DNA from: a virus
Taxonomy: Duplodnaviria; Caudoviricetes
Virus record (IMG/VR): IMGVR_UViG_3300033999_000083
Coordinates: 1 to 64,000 of that record
Strand: one strand, 5' to 3'
Length of the DNA: 64,000 nucleotides
The notes below the pieces were generated by a model. The model was not told the origin of the DNA and ran no database searches. It saw only the letters and a list, made by a program, of their open reading frames with translations. Below, in pieces: positions 11,160 to 22,035 of the stretch (position 1 is the first letter of the stretch; each line of letters starts with the position of its first letter). The position numbers and the translations under genes were made by a program.

Positions 11160-11342
11160 ATGATAACAGATAAAATGCAAAAAATTGTATTTGGTAAATA
11201 CAGAAATAAAACAATTTATTGGGTAATGCAAAATGACCCAGATTATCTTATTTGGGTATATAGTAATGTTGGATCTTTTAATTTGTCTGATAACATATTA
11301 TTAGAAACAATTAAAAATTGTAGAAACTTAAAGTTAAAATAA
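11160..11342 (+). CDS. small FGKY-motif protein (exonuclease X C-terminal-like)
   Basis: FGKYRNKTI..V...DPDYL.W. Confidence 0.65.
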   Translation: MITDKMQKIVFGKYRNKTIYWVMQNDPDYLIWVYSNVGSFNLSDNILLETIKNCRNLKLK

Positions 11343-11346
11343 AATT

Positions 11347-11592
11347 CCGAAACTTTGTTCCTAGAACAAAACTAAGGTACTTCCCACTTGAAAGGAAATC
11401 ATAAGTGGACAATAAAAACCAAAGTAGTATGGTTCTCACTTCATAATGAGTTTTTGAGAGAGAAAACTAAGGATGTTCTCTCTAGCGAGATCCTTTAATC
11501 AAAAAAGTGTCTCCCACGTTGGAGTTTTCGATCGAAGCCTTGCAAAGTAGATTAGGCCCTGAAAGCCTTAATCAAAATGCATCGCTTCGATT
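11347..11592 (+). ncRNA. structured intergenic RNA candidate
   Basis: About 8 hairpins, enclosing CGAAAC/GTTTTCG pairing, ATCGAAGC/GCTTCGAT terminal stem, no ORF. Confidence 0.5.
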
Positions 11593-11819
11593 TCTTATTA
11601 ATCAATTAATTAAAAAATTATGTTAGATATTATTATTATTAGTCTTATATTATTATTAGTTGGAGGTGAGTTAACCTTATATGGATTAGTCATATTTGAT
11701 AGAGACAATGGAGAAAAGTATATGGATATAGCAAGGGTAATGTTACTTGCCTCAACTATATTAGTAATAATTTCTTTCTTATCAATCATGTATCAGTAAA
11801 CATATTTTATTTTAAAATT

Positions 11820-12002
11820 ATGATGTCAACTATTTTAATGCTCATAGCAGCATTTCTTGATTTTATAGCATTATTTTTATTAGCTTATTCATTTCCTTTA
11901 GAAAATAATAAAAATTCTGGTAAACTTTTAAATGCATCTTTAATACTAGCATGTGCTGGTCTTGTAATAGCTATTATTGCAACAACAATGCACATGACAT
12001 AA
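11820..12002 (+). CDS. small two-TM membrane protein
   Basis: Two hydrophobic segments; a similar hydrophobic ORF lies just upstream (~11619-11798). Confidence 0.6.
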   Translation: MMSTILMLIAAFLDFIALFLLAYSFPLENNKNSGKLLNASLILACAGLVIAIIATTMHMT

Positions 12003-12159
12003 TAAAATAAATTTACGAAAACAGTAGTATTAAATTAATGAGGATAGGAATAAATATGTTAGCTATTTCAAGTATATTAGCGTTTATATTTATTTTTGTA
12101 ACATTAATTAAATATATGATACATCTGGCCTAATGGTCAGTCATTTTGTTTTTAGAGTT

Positions 12160-12193
12160 AGAACTGGAGAAAATTAACATCTCCAGTTCTTTT
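12160..12193 (+). terminator. intrinsic terminator
   Basis: AGAACTGGAGA / TCTCCAGTTCT stem followed by TTT. Confidence 0.7.
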
Positions 12194-12229
12194 AAAAGAA
12201 ACTAATTAAATAATATAAAACATAAAAAG

Positions 12230-13887
12230 ATGACAAAGAATGAGATCATAGATTTCTGTTTAGATAACGGAAATCTTTCAAATGAAGAACTTGTTAGTAA
12301 GCTTTCTAATAAGTTAAGTAATGAACAGTATGTTCCTTTTAATCATGAAGATAGCGATGTAGTTGCTGCTTGTGGACTGAAAAATTCTAAAATAATTTCA
12401 GGAAATGCAATAGCTATTGCTGCTGATAAAGAAGTAAGTACTACCTCAGAACTTGTAGAATACTTTGAAAATAATTTAACTAAAAGAGAACTAGCATTTG
12501 TATTTGTAAGTGCTATTAACTCTTCTAAAGAATTATATAAAACTAATGAACAATTAAAAGAATTACTAAGGAGATTAATGTAATGAACAGAGTAGGAGAT
12601 ATGATAACTAGTCTAACTAGTTTAATGAGTTTTGATGATATAGTACTTTTATTAGCAGAGCAGATAAAAGTATATTCTGAAACAAAGTCCAGAAGTGATA
12701 GAGATTATTTGAGTATGATATGCTCTATGGTAATCAGTAAAGAAATTCAGGAATCTGAAAATATTAATAAAGACAAAATAAAAGATCTTCCTCCTGATTT
12801 ACAAGAACTGGCTAGGAAGCTTAAAAATGGAGAACTATGATAAAATCTTTATTTAATACATTAGGAAATCTATTCTATAGTTTAAAATATGGCATTCATA
12901 ATTTAGTAACATGGTTTGGTATAATTTGGAATCTTAGGGAGAATGATTATATTGAAGGAGTAGATTTGTTTGTAAAGTATTTAAGACTGTTTAGAGAAAG
13001 ATTACTTACTCATCATAATTCCGATAATTGGTGTGATATAGTAAATGAAATAAATTACTTTCTCACACTTGAAGAAATTATAAATACTGATAAAATTTTT
13101 GAATGGTACTCTAAAGAAGCAGAAAAATTAGATCCAGAAGATGAGGAAGGAAGATCGAAATTATTTGATTTATGTATAGAAGAAGAAAATAGAACAAAAG
13201 ATGAAGCTTACCAATTTCTAAAAGACCATATCGGAGGTTGGTGGGATTAATAAAAGGAGGGCCTAAATAAATATGGCAGGAATTGATAAAACTTACACAG
13301 ACTCTTACAAGGATTACAAAGAGTTTAAAGATTGGGCAGATAAACAAAAATTAACCTTTTTCAACGGACATACAGTTTGTATTGGTGATTGGGTATGGGA
13401 ATATAAAAAAGAAGATTTTGATGGAGGTGAAATACCTATTATGAATACTCCCACTTGGTTAGATATTTATCTTATTCAAAATTGTAAAAGCGATTTTGTT
13501 TTGGATAGAATGAAATCTGTTTATAGTGAAGAGTCTTATAAAAAGTTTCAAACCGTTGATTTAACATCACCACCATCAGGAGATTTTAAACAAAACAGAA
13601 AAATAACCATTAAGCGAAGCGGTAGTACTAAATTTCCGCTACATAAAAGACCTTATGGTGGTAAAACAAAGTGGTGGTTACAATGTAATGGTGATTTTGG
13701 GTATTGTGATAAAACCAAAGTCTGGTCAAGTTATGACAGCTATTATCCATACAACACAGATACTGCATTTATTAAGAGCATTAAAGGTGTTGTAAGACAT
13801 TTAAGAAAACAATACTTACCTAAAGGAATTACATTTAATTTGATAGGTAGATATGTTGGTGAGGACTATTTAATTGTCGTATCTTAA
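12230..13887 (+). CDS. four hypothetical proteins (12230-12583, 12583-12840, 12837-13250, 13273-13887)
   Basis: Coupled ORFs of 85-204 aa. Confidence 0.7.
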
Positions 13888-13926
13888 AATGGCATGATGA
13901 ATTTTGTTGATAATTTCATTGATATA

Positions 13927-13958
13927 TTTGTAGGTTTAAAATAAAAGTTATATATTTG
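13927..13958 (+). promoter_or_regulatory. Bacteroidota sigma70-type promoter (TTTG-N20-TATATTTG)
   Basis: Exact -33/-7 consensus with 20-nt spacer. Confidence 0.75.
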
Positions 13959-13975
13959 TGTAGTTTATATAAGAT

Positions 13976-14044
13976 ATGCTGAAATCAATTAAATACGAGC
14001 TTAATCCTACCAGTCAACTACCCACAAACTAAAGATTTGTGGGC
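13976..14044 (+). mobile_element. IS200/IS605-family remnant: TnpB N-terminal stub plus element-end hairpin
   Basis: MLKSIKYELNPT resembles the TnpB start ML.AYKYRL.PT; followed by GTCAACTACCCACAAACTAAAGATTTGTGGGC. Confidence 0.65.
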
Positions 14045-14083
14045 AGTTTACATTAAACAATTAACCCAGCTATTGTGTAGCAT

Positions 14084-15259
14084 ATGTTACCAGTAGTTAT
14101 TATTCCACTAATTATGAAAAGAACAGAAGTAAAAAAAGCAAACGTACACCAATTTGATATTGAAGAATTGGCGTGTAAAATATTAGGAATTGATTATGAT
14201 GAAATAGATGCAGATACGGAAATCATTAATGAAGAATTATACAATCAATTTGAAACCGATTTAGGTAATTTTCAAGACATAGTAAATAGATTATTGCCAT
14301 TAATTGATGTAGGAGAAAGCCCCATCACAGGAGAGAAATACAAAGGTTTTGCATCTGGTAATTCTTGGCTGGCAAAAGTTCCCTATAATTACCGATAACG
14401 TTGCGTTTACGAATGTTTGTAATAATATGATACACAGGGCTAAGACAAAAACGGGGGGCGTGGGTATCTTTCAGAAGATGAGGTATCTAAAGTTATGAAA
14501 AAAATTCAAGAATTATAAAAAGAAAATAAGAGTTATTCTTATATTATAAAATGAATGGAATTATTATTACCACTAATCTGCCAGGCAGAATTGGTGGAAG
14601 TGTTAGCCACACTTCGACACAGGCTGTAACGATTAATGTAGCTCAGGGTAATAAATCTATTAAAATAACAAGAGAGATATTACACACTGACAGACCCTAT
14701 CAATCCTGTTACAAAAAGGTAAATATTTCAGAAGAAGTAGTAAATGATTGGATATCAAATACTATTCCAGAATGGAGTAACAAAAAGGATTGGATGAAGA
14801 TGTCTCCTAAGCAAAGACTTATATCTTACGTTAGTACCTTCGATGAAGGCTTTGGTGTAACTTATGAAGAACTTTGATATGAAAAAAGTATTATTAATGT
14901 TTACAATGATAGTTTTAACACTATCATCATACAGTCAAGGTAATTTTAAATTGAAATCATTTGATTTTAATTATATTGAAAATGATGAAATTACCACAAT
15001 TAAAACTGAAGTAGATATGTACTTAAATCTGAATACCCGTGTTTTAAGTATATATTCAGAAGAAACTCAAATATTTAATTTTTATCCTCAAAGGATTTAT
15101 AAAGAGGATAAATATGATATTTTAGAGTGTGATGCAAGAGACCAAGAAGGAGTTAATTGTTTATTACGTATTTATACTCATGAGAAAGAAAATTTTATAA
15201 TTATAAAAGTGGATTATAGAAATTTTTCTTATTTTTATACATGTTATATGTCTATGTAA
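14084..15259 (+). CDS. three hypothetical proteins (14084-14398, 14551-14877, 14864-15259; the last has a signal peptide)
   Basis: ORFs; MKKVLLMFTMIVLTLSSYSQ is a Bacteroidota-type signal peptide. Confidence 0.65.
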
Positions 15260-15384
15260 CAATATTCAAAAGAAAAGAGTTATATAATCAACTTATTTAA
15301 AGAAAGTTACTATTTTATGTAATTTTTTGTTATTAAATTCACTAACTTTGTAAAACCGCATTTTTAACTAAAGCAGTAGTAATA

Positions 15385-15458
15385 TGCGAGGTGGACTGGA
15401 GAGGTTCCAGCTCAGTCCCATAAGCTGAATGACGTAGGTTCGAGTCCTACCCTCGCAA
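15385..15458 (+). tRNA. tRNA-Met (CAT)
   Basis: Acceptor TGCGAGG/CCTCGCA; anticodon arm TCAGT-CCCATAA-GCTGA; T arm GTAGG-TTCGAGT-CCTAC; TAACTTTG box at 15343-15350. Confidence 0.9.
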
Positions 15459-15498
15459 CTACTTGTTTTATAAAGATGCTAAACTAAAATAATTAAAT

Positions 15499-15729
15499 AT
15501 GGAATATACGAAAAGACAACAAGAAATCCTAGCATTACTTGATGTAACTGATGAGCCTCAAGAAATAGTTAGTCCCTCTGGTGAAGTTGTTATATTAGAA
15601 CCATTAGGAGTAGCTCTGTATGACTTCATAAATGGGTGTGAAGCTTTAGAAAATTATGAGGATATGAATGCTGCAATAGATATTTTTGCAGGTATGTATC
15701 CAGAAGAGTATTTTCTACTACTAGATTGA
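15499..15729 (+). CDS. hypothetical protein
   Basis: 76-aa acidic ORF. Confidence 0.65.
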   Translation: MEYTKRQQEILALLDVTDEPQEIVSPSGEVVILEPLGVALYDFINGCEALENYEDMNAAIDIFAGMYPEEYFLLLD

Positions 15730-15791
15730 ACACACTTACTAGATAAAGAATCTCTATTAGAGATCAGTAATATTAACTTAAACCAAAGTAA

Positions 15792-16130
15792 ATGCGATCT
15801 AAATTAATTATAGTAACTTTATTTCTGGCTATGTCTGTATTTTCTAAAGAAGGTATAGCATCTTATTATCACGATAAACATCATGGTAAGAAAACAGCAA
15901 GTGGAGTTATTTATGATAGAAATAGTTTTGTTTGTGCACATAAGGATCTTCCTTTTGGAACAAAATTATTAGTAACAAATCTTAGTAATAACAAGAAAGT
16001 TATAGTTACTGTCGTTGATAGAGGGCCTTTTATAAGGGGTAGAGAGATAGATTTATCTTTTGCTGCTGCCGATTCTTTAGGAATGATAGAAAAAGGTGTA
16101 CAAAAAGTAGATTATAAAATTATAAAATAG
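15792..16130 (+). CDS. rlpA: RlpA-like lytic transglycosylase (double-psi beta-barrel)
   Basis: GIASYY...HG.KTASG, AHK.LPFGT, V.V.DRGPF..GR.IDLS.AAA..LG; signal peptide. Confidence 0.9.
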   Translation: MRSKLIIVTLFLAMSVFSKEGIASYYHDKHHGKKTASGVIYDRNSFVCAHKDLPFGTKLLVTNLSNNKKVIVTVVDRGPFIRGREIDLSFAAADSLGMIEKGVQKVDYKIIK

Positions 16131-16174
16131 CTCTTTTGAGTTTTATATATATAATTAGCAATAATTAACGAAAA

Positions 16175-16282
16175 AAGGATTGTAGTAGTAGCTACCAAAC
16201 CAGAATCCTTGAGCCTTAAGAAATTAATAATTTCAGGCAACAGTCCACGAGGTAATGCTCCAGGAGCGCTGTTAGGGTAGCT
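16175..16282 (+). ncRNA. compact pseudoknotted RNA candidate
   Basis: AAGGATT/AATCCTT stem whose loop AGCTACC pairs with GGTAGCT at 16276-16282. Confidence 0.5.
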
Positions 16283-16386
16283 TTTTAAATTAAACAAACA
16301 TGTTAATAGCTATATTATTTTTTGTAGTATTATTTATAATACTATTTATAGCAGGAATAATAATTTCATCTGATGATAATTAAATT

Positions 16387-17495
16387 ATGGACATTTATAA
16401 TCTGATAATACCTCATATTGAAAAAGAAGCATTTGGCTTTGATAGATACAGAGTAATTATATCTATAGAAAGTCTTCTTAGGGCTTTTGCAGAGTACAAC
16501 AATACTTCTTATGAGGAAGAAGTGGAAAAATTCAATAAAATTCTAAGTAATGAATATAATGTTAAAGAATTAGAACTAAATGAATTCGATGAATATGAGG
16601 AAATAAAGTAATAATTAGATACTGTGGTATCCACTCTGCCTGATAAGCAGTAGAAATGGTAATCGGTTACATGTGGGTTCAAGTCCCACCCACAGTACTC
16701 TATAGATTTATAAACTAATAGATTTTAAAATTATGGTAACAAAAATTAGATTTACTGAAAGCTCTGGAGAGTGCAAAACTGTTGGCACAATAAAAGTAGA
16801 GCATAACTTTGAAAATGAAGAAGATCTTTTGAATTTCATCCAAGACAATTGGCTTAATCTGGAAGATCAAAATGTAGTTAATATCCTTGATGTTGATATT
16901 AGCAGTAATGGTGATTTATATGTAGAATTGAAAACAATTGATGAAGATTAATTAATAAATAATTTACCAAGATGATTAAACAATATTATCGTACTAAAAA
17001 GGGTAACCCAAGAGGTCTTATCATAGCTTTAGATAAAGGTATCTATGGCTGGTCATTGTGTAGTAAGAAAGATGTTTTCAACAAAAAGGTTGGAACTTCT
17101 ATAGCTATGGGTAGAGCTCAAAAAGCAGCTTTACTTTCTGATGATGAAAGGTTCGACTATTATCAATACAGTGTTCCAAATTCTATGTGGGAACTATTTA
17201 CAGAAATTAATAAAAGAGCACATAAGTACTTTAAATGATAATTCAAGGTAAAGACTATAAAATAGAGAAGTTAGAAAATTCTGAATTCTATAATCTTAGC
17301 TTGCTATCTATTATAAATAAAGGTACAGATAAAGAAAGAGAGGAATTCAAAGTAATTAGCTATGGTATTCCTTTTGATGAATGTATCAAAAAAATAGTAG
17401 ATTATAAGTTAAGGCAAGTTGATGGTACTTATACTATAAAAGAATATGTAGATAAGTATAAAGACTTGGTAAATGAAATAAGTAATGAATTTTAA
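16387..17495 (+). CDS. four small hypothetical proteins (16387-16611, 16733-16951, 16972-17238, 17235-17495)
   Basis: ORFs; 16972 has the CSKKDVFNKKVG..IA.GRA phage motif. Confidence 0.65.
16621..16697 (+). tRNA. atypical tRNA-Ile(GAT)-like RNA lacking a canonical D arm
   Basis: Acceptor ACTGTGG/CCACAGT; CTGC-CTGATAA-GCAG anticodon arm; perfect T arm; only 8 nt where the D arm should be. Confidence 0.65.
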
Positions 17496-17512
17496 CAATA
17501 ATAACACATAAG

Positions 17513-18082
17513 ATGGATAAACAAGGACCAAATCATCCAGATGTACCTAATATATTTGGTCATCTAATGCTAGATATTGAAACTATGGGAAGTGAAAGTT
17601 TTTCTAGTATATTAAGTATTGGAGCATTAGAATTTGATATTGAAACAGGTGCTACTGGAAAAGAGTTTTATGTAACTATTGACTTACAAAGTTGTTTAGA
17701 TTTAGGTTTAATAGTAAACGCTTCAACCATTATGTGGTGGTTAGTTCAAAATGAACAAGCTAGAAAAGACCTAGCCGAAAGAGTTACTATACCTATCAGG
17801 GAAGCACTTTTAAGATTTGCACAATTCTGTAATAAGGATTACCAAATATGGGGAAACTCTGTAAGATTTGATTGTGGTATTCTTCAGAATGCTTATAATA
17901 AGGCTGGTATACCTATTCCGTGGGACTTTAGAAAAGAAAGATGCGTTAGGACACTTGTAAGCTTTAATCCTAATATAAAAGATAGTTTTCCAAGAACAGG
18001 AACAGTTCATAATGCCCTTTCTGACTGTTATTCTCAAGTTGGTTATTGTTCAGCTATATGGAAATCTCTACATAACTCTTAA
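17513..18082 (+). CDS. DEDDh 3'-5' exonuclease (Rv2179c/exo VIII-like)
   Basis: HLMLDIETMG, WGNS..FD..IL, HNALSDC..Q. Confidence 0.85.
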   Translation: MDKQGPNHPDVPNIFGHLMLDIETMGSESFSSILSIGALEFDIETGATGKEFYVTIDLQSCLDLGLIVNASTIMWWLVQNEQARKDLAERVTIPIREALLRFAQFCNKDYQIWGNSVRFDCGILQNAYNKAGIPIPWDFRKERCVRTLVSFNPNIKDSFPRTGTVHNALSDCYSQVGYCSAIWKSLHNS

Positions 18083-18104
18083 TAAATTGTAGTAGATTAA
18101 AATT

Positions 18105-18380
18105 ATGAGACAAGTAGTTGGTAATATTGATGGTAATGATGTAATATATAATACAGAAGACGAAACTGTTTTTTGTAAAAATACCGAATTACCTTATAAA
18201 TTGCTTAAAAAGGTTTTTGATAGCAGTTTAAATAGAGTTAAAATAAAAGATGATTTATACTATATAGATCACGGTTTTAACATGTCTATTGGATGTCTAA
18301 AATTAGACAAAAATGAATATAAAGAGATGATTAATAATATTGAAAAGATTAAATTAAATTATGGAAAGAGAAATCACTAA
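18105..18380 (+). CDS. hypothetical protein
   Basis: 91-aa ORF overlapping the next gene. Confidence 0.6.
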   Translation: MRQVVGNIDGNDVIYNTEDETVFCKNTELPYKLLKKVFDSSLNRVKIKDDLYYIDHGFNMSIGCLKLDKNEYKEMINNIEKIKLNYGKRNH

Positions 18381-20131
18381 TTCAAAGATTCACACTCAAA
18401 TTAAATCTTACGAACAAAGACAAAAAGAAAAACTTGTAGAACTTGGTCAATCAAATAAAAGCTATAAAAATATTTTAGCTTATTTGGAGGCTGAAATCAA
18501 GCAATCTACTAAAATTTCAACATTTAACTACAAAATTAAATGTTTTAAAGATGATGGAGTATATCAACTAAATAGAGCTATAGAAGAAATCTATGGTTCT
18601 GTAAGTTTTAAGAAAGATGAAAGTCCTTCAGGAGGATCTGACTCTATTCAAACTATAGATATAACTTTAGCATCTGGAGAAAGAATTAAAACTTTGTTTG
18701 GTAAGATAGCTTTACCAGAAGCAGGAGAAGGAGCCTACATTGATATATCTTATGATAGTGCGAATGATACTTTGCATGTTGTAGGCAACTGCGAATTCAG
18801 ATTTTCAAGTATGATTGATGAGATTGTTAAAAGAGCAGAAAAACTCTTGAAAACTGATTCAATCTATAAGGATCAAGCTATTGAGTTAGATGAATCTTTT
18901 TCACCAAGAATAATGGATTTAACTTCATATACTAAAGAGTTTGTTGTTCTTAGTAGCCAAACTAAGTATGAATTACAACCATTAATGAATAGGATATTTG
19001 ATCCTGCAAAATGTAAGGCAAAAGGTATTCCACTTAAACTGGGAGTGCTCTTAGATGGCCCATACGGTTGGTAGTTTAATATTATATATAAATATTTAAC
19101 TTAAACAGCCCTTATGCGAGGTAACTCGTATTAAGAATTCTAGTGAATTGCTGGAAAATCCTTAGAGCTATATAGACTACAACATAGATAGTAATATCAA
19201 GTGTGAATGTTTAAAAACTATATAGATTGGAAAATCAGCAGCGAAGCTTCTTATAAATAAGAAGAACGTTCAACGACTATCCCTGAAATGGGAGTACACT
19301 CAAATGAGTGGAAGTACTAGACATCCTTATAGGATGAAGATATAGTCTGGTCTTTATAGAAATATAAAGAAGTTCATAAGAGAACTGCATAAGAGTAATG
19401 AACTTATGTGAACAACAACGACAGGAAAAACTTTATTAGCATTTAAACTAGCAGCAGATGCTATTAAAAACAATTGGAGTTTTATTTATCTTAAAGAACC
19501 TAGTTATTTAGCAAGAACTTTAAGATTAGCAAAAACCCTTGATCAAAATGGCAATGGTGTAATAATTTTCTTAGAGGATCTTGATCAAATAACTAGAGGA
19601 GAAAGAGATGCTGCTATGCAGGACATCTTAAATACCTTAGATGGTGGAGATACTAAGAGTATGAATGTAATCTCAATATTTACTACTAATCATCTAGAAC
19701 TAATTGAACCAACATTCTTAAGAGGAAAAAGAATTGGTTCTCTTATCTCACTTGGTTTCTTGGATAAAGAAACTGCTCTGGAATATATCACCACAACTTT
19801 TGAACGTGATGGTTACAGAGTAGATAATAATGGGATGGATAAAGTATGTAAACTTATTGAAGAAAGTAACATAGCTCCTGCTTTTATGGCAGAAATATGT
19901 GAATCTGTTAAATCTCATGTACTATATGAAGATGATGTAATTATCAAACCAGAGTATATTGAGAATGCAGTAAAATCTTATTTAAGGCAAGTTAATATTG
20001 CTAAGAAGAAAGATATGTCTGAAACAGATGAATCTCGCCTTGCTGATTCTTTAAGAAAGATTATTAATAAAGATTTAATGAAATTACTTGAAGAACAGAA
20101 ACAATTTATTGAAGAACGTTTTGGAGAATGA
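18361..20131 (+). CDS. AAA+ ATPase, spliced (exons 18361-19068 + 19421-20131)
   Basis: Joining restores Walker A LLDGPYG|TGKT; Walker B IIFLEDLD; TTNH...PTFLRGKR. Confidence 0.9.
19069..19420 (+). mobile_element. group I intron (352 nt, no ORF) in AAA ATPase Walker A
   Basis: GAATTGCTGGAAA (P), AATCAGCAGCGAAG (Q), GTTCAACGACTA (R), GAAGATATAGTCT (S); exon ends in U, intron ends in G; P1 GGT|TG with CAGCC. Confidence 0.92.
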
Positions 20132-20665
20132 AGTTAGTTTATAAAGATTTCGTAATAGAGTGTGATGGAACATTCACACTCTATTACAAATATTTAAAGA
20201 AAGATAAAGTAGAGCATAAACTACTTGGATATTTTTCTAATTTTGAATCAGTTTTAAGAAGAATCATATCTATTTCTAAAGATAAGGAACTTATTACTTA
20301 TTATAATGAATACAAGGAATATAAACAAAAACTAAACTATATATCTAACATAGTTTATAAACCAATAAAACAATTATATAGCCAAATATATGGAATTAGA
20401 AAAGTATAAGGTAGAAATAGATCCTAAATTAGGAATAATATCAGTAGAGCATCCATACAAATCTACTACTTTATCTAAGTTAATGGAAATTAAGGAAACT
20501 ATAGAAAAATCTACTAAGTCTAAGTATAATTACGGCATTTTATTAAGAATGCCAGGATATTATTTTAGTTATAGATTAAGCGATGAAAAAGTTATAGTTT
20601 GTGGTAGCTTTAATAAAAAAGAAACAATAGAAGAAACTAAAAATTTTATAAATAATGTTAAGTAG
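20128..20665 (+). CDS. two hypothetical proteins (20128-20409, 20390-20665)
   Basis: Overlapping co-oriented ORFs. Confidence 0.6.
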
Positions 20666-20701
20666 ATTAGAACTTCAGTTACTAAAAAATATAATAAAAC
20701 T

Positions 20702-21382
20702 ATGAAAATATGTGCAATATCTGATTTACACGGTAAGTTAATAGAATTACCAGATTCTGATCTTACTTTAATAGCTGGAGATATTACTCCGCCAGCAAAA
20801 GAAAATAATCCAGATTTGGTATTCAAATGGCTAGACAATGAATTCAAACAGTGGTGTAAAAATATAGAAACTTATGAAATAGTTTTAGTAGCTGGAAACC
20901 ATGATTTTGTTTTTCAATCCCATCCAGATGAAGTAAAAAGTATATTTAAAAATTATGGAAATTGGTTTCATTATTTAGAAAATGAAACTAAAGTAATAAA
21001 CATAGAAGGATTTCCTAGTTTATCTATATATGGTACTCCATATTGTCATGAATTTGGTTACTGGGCTTTTATGCCAGGAGATGAACATCTTCCAGAATTA
21101 TTCTCTGTTTGTCCAGATAAAGTTGACATTATATTATCACATGATGCTCCTTATGGGATAAGTGATATGTGTCTTCAAAAGAAATTTGGAAATGATGAAC
21201 ATTTAGGAAATAAAGCTCTAAGAGAAAGATTAAATTGTGTAGATTACAAATATTTAATTCATGGACACTTACACTCATCTTCTCATTATTTTGAAAAATT
21301 TAAGCTTGGTAAAATAGCTTGTGCTAGTATATTAGATGAAAGTTATCAAGTAGCTTATAAACCATTATTATTTGAGTATTAA
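20702..21382 (+). CDS. calcineurin-like metallophosphoesterase
   Basis: SDLHG, AGD, AGNHD, HGHLH. Confidence 0.9.
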   Translation: MKICAISDLHGKLIELPDSDLTLIAGDITPPAKENNPDLVFKWLDNEFKQWCKNIETYEIVLVAGNHDFVFQSHPDEVKSIFKNYGNWFHYLENETKVINIEGFPSLSIYGTPYCHEFGYWAFMPGDEHLPELFSVCPDKVDIILSHDAPYGISDMCLQKKFGNDEHLGNKALRERLNCVDYKYLIHGHLHSSSHYFEKFKLGKIACASILDESYQVAYKPLLFEY

Positions 21383-22033
21383 ATGAATAAGATTTTTGTA
21401 ACAGCTGATTTACATTATAAACATAAAAATATTGTAAAAGGTGTTTCTTGTTGGGATAATGTAAATGCTACTAGAGATTTTGATACTGTAGAAGAAATGG
21501 ATGAAGCAATAGTAGAATCTATAAATAATACAGTAGGAAAACAAGATACTTTATATATCTTAGGAGATATAGCTTTTGGGAATGTAGATTGTTTATTAGA
21601 GCTAATGAAAAAAATAAGATGTGAAAATATACATTGTATCTTAGGTAATCATGATAAATATATAAAGAAGAATGTATCTTTTACTAAAACAATTCCCAAT
21701 GGATTGTTAGGTTATGAGTTTTTAGGTAAAACTCTAGTTCCTGGAAATACTTATACTTTTAATGTAAGAGATTTATTTAAAAGTGTTAGTACTAGAGAAG
21801 AAGTATATTATAAAGGTAAATTATTTGTACTGGATCATTATCCGTTAGAAGCTTGGAAAGATTCTTTTAAAGGGTCTTATATGATACATGGTCACGTACA
21901 TGGTTCTTTAGATTATTCTGATACTAGTATGTTTAATAAACGTATTGATGTAGATTGGGGAAAATTCAAAAGACCTATTAGCCTTGATGAGATTATGGAA
22001 CTACTTAGTAATAGAGAAAAATTAAATATTTAG
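21383..22033 (+). CDS. calcineurin-like metallophosphoesterase
   Basis: ADLH, LGD, LGNHD, HYP, HGHVH. Confidence 0.9.
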   Translation: MNKIFVTADLHYKHKNIVKGVSCWDNVNATRDFDTVEEMDEAIVESINNTVGKQDTLYILGDIAFGNVDCLLELMKKIRCENIHCILGNHDKYIKKNVSFTKTIPNGLLGYEFLGKTLVPGNTYTFNVRDLFKSVSTREEVYYKGKLFVLDHYPLEAWKDSFKGSYMIHGHVHGSLDYSDTSMFNKRIDVDWGKFKRPISLDEIMELLSNREKLNI

Positions 22034-22035
22034 CC

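Noticed and set aside
9250-14520. Gene fragments at ~9252-9342 (VIVDGETIKEDTYY) and ~14455-14518 (GYLSEDEVSKVMKKIQEL)
   Set aside because: They look like C-terminal remnants of deleted genes; too short to call
15459-15498. Theta (HDV-like) ribozyme after the tRNAs
   Set aside because: The 3' trailers of all three tRNA(-like) genes are AT-rich with no nested double pseudoknot visible
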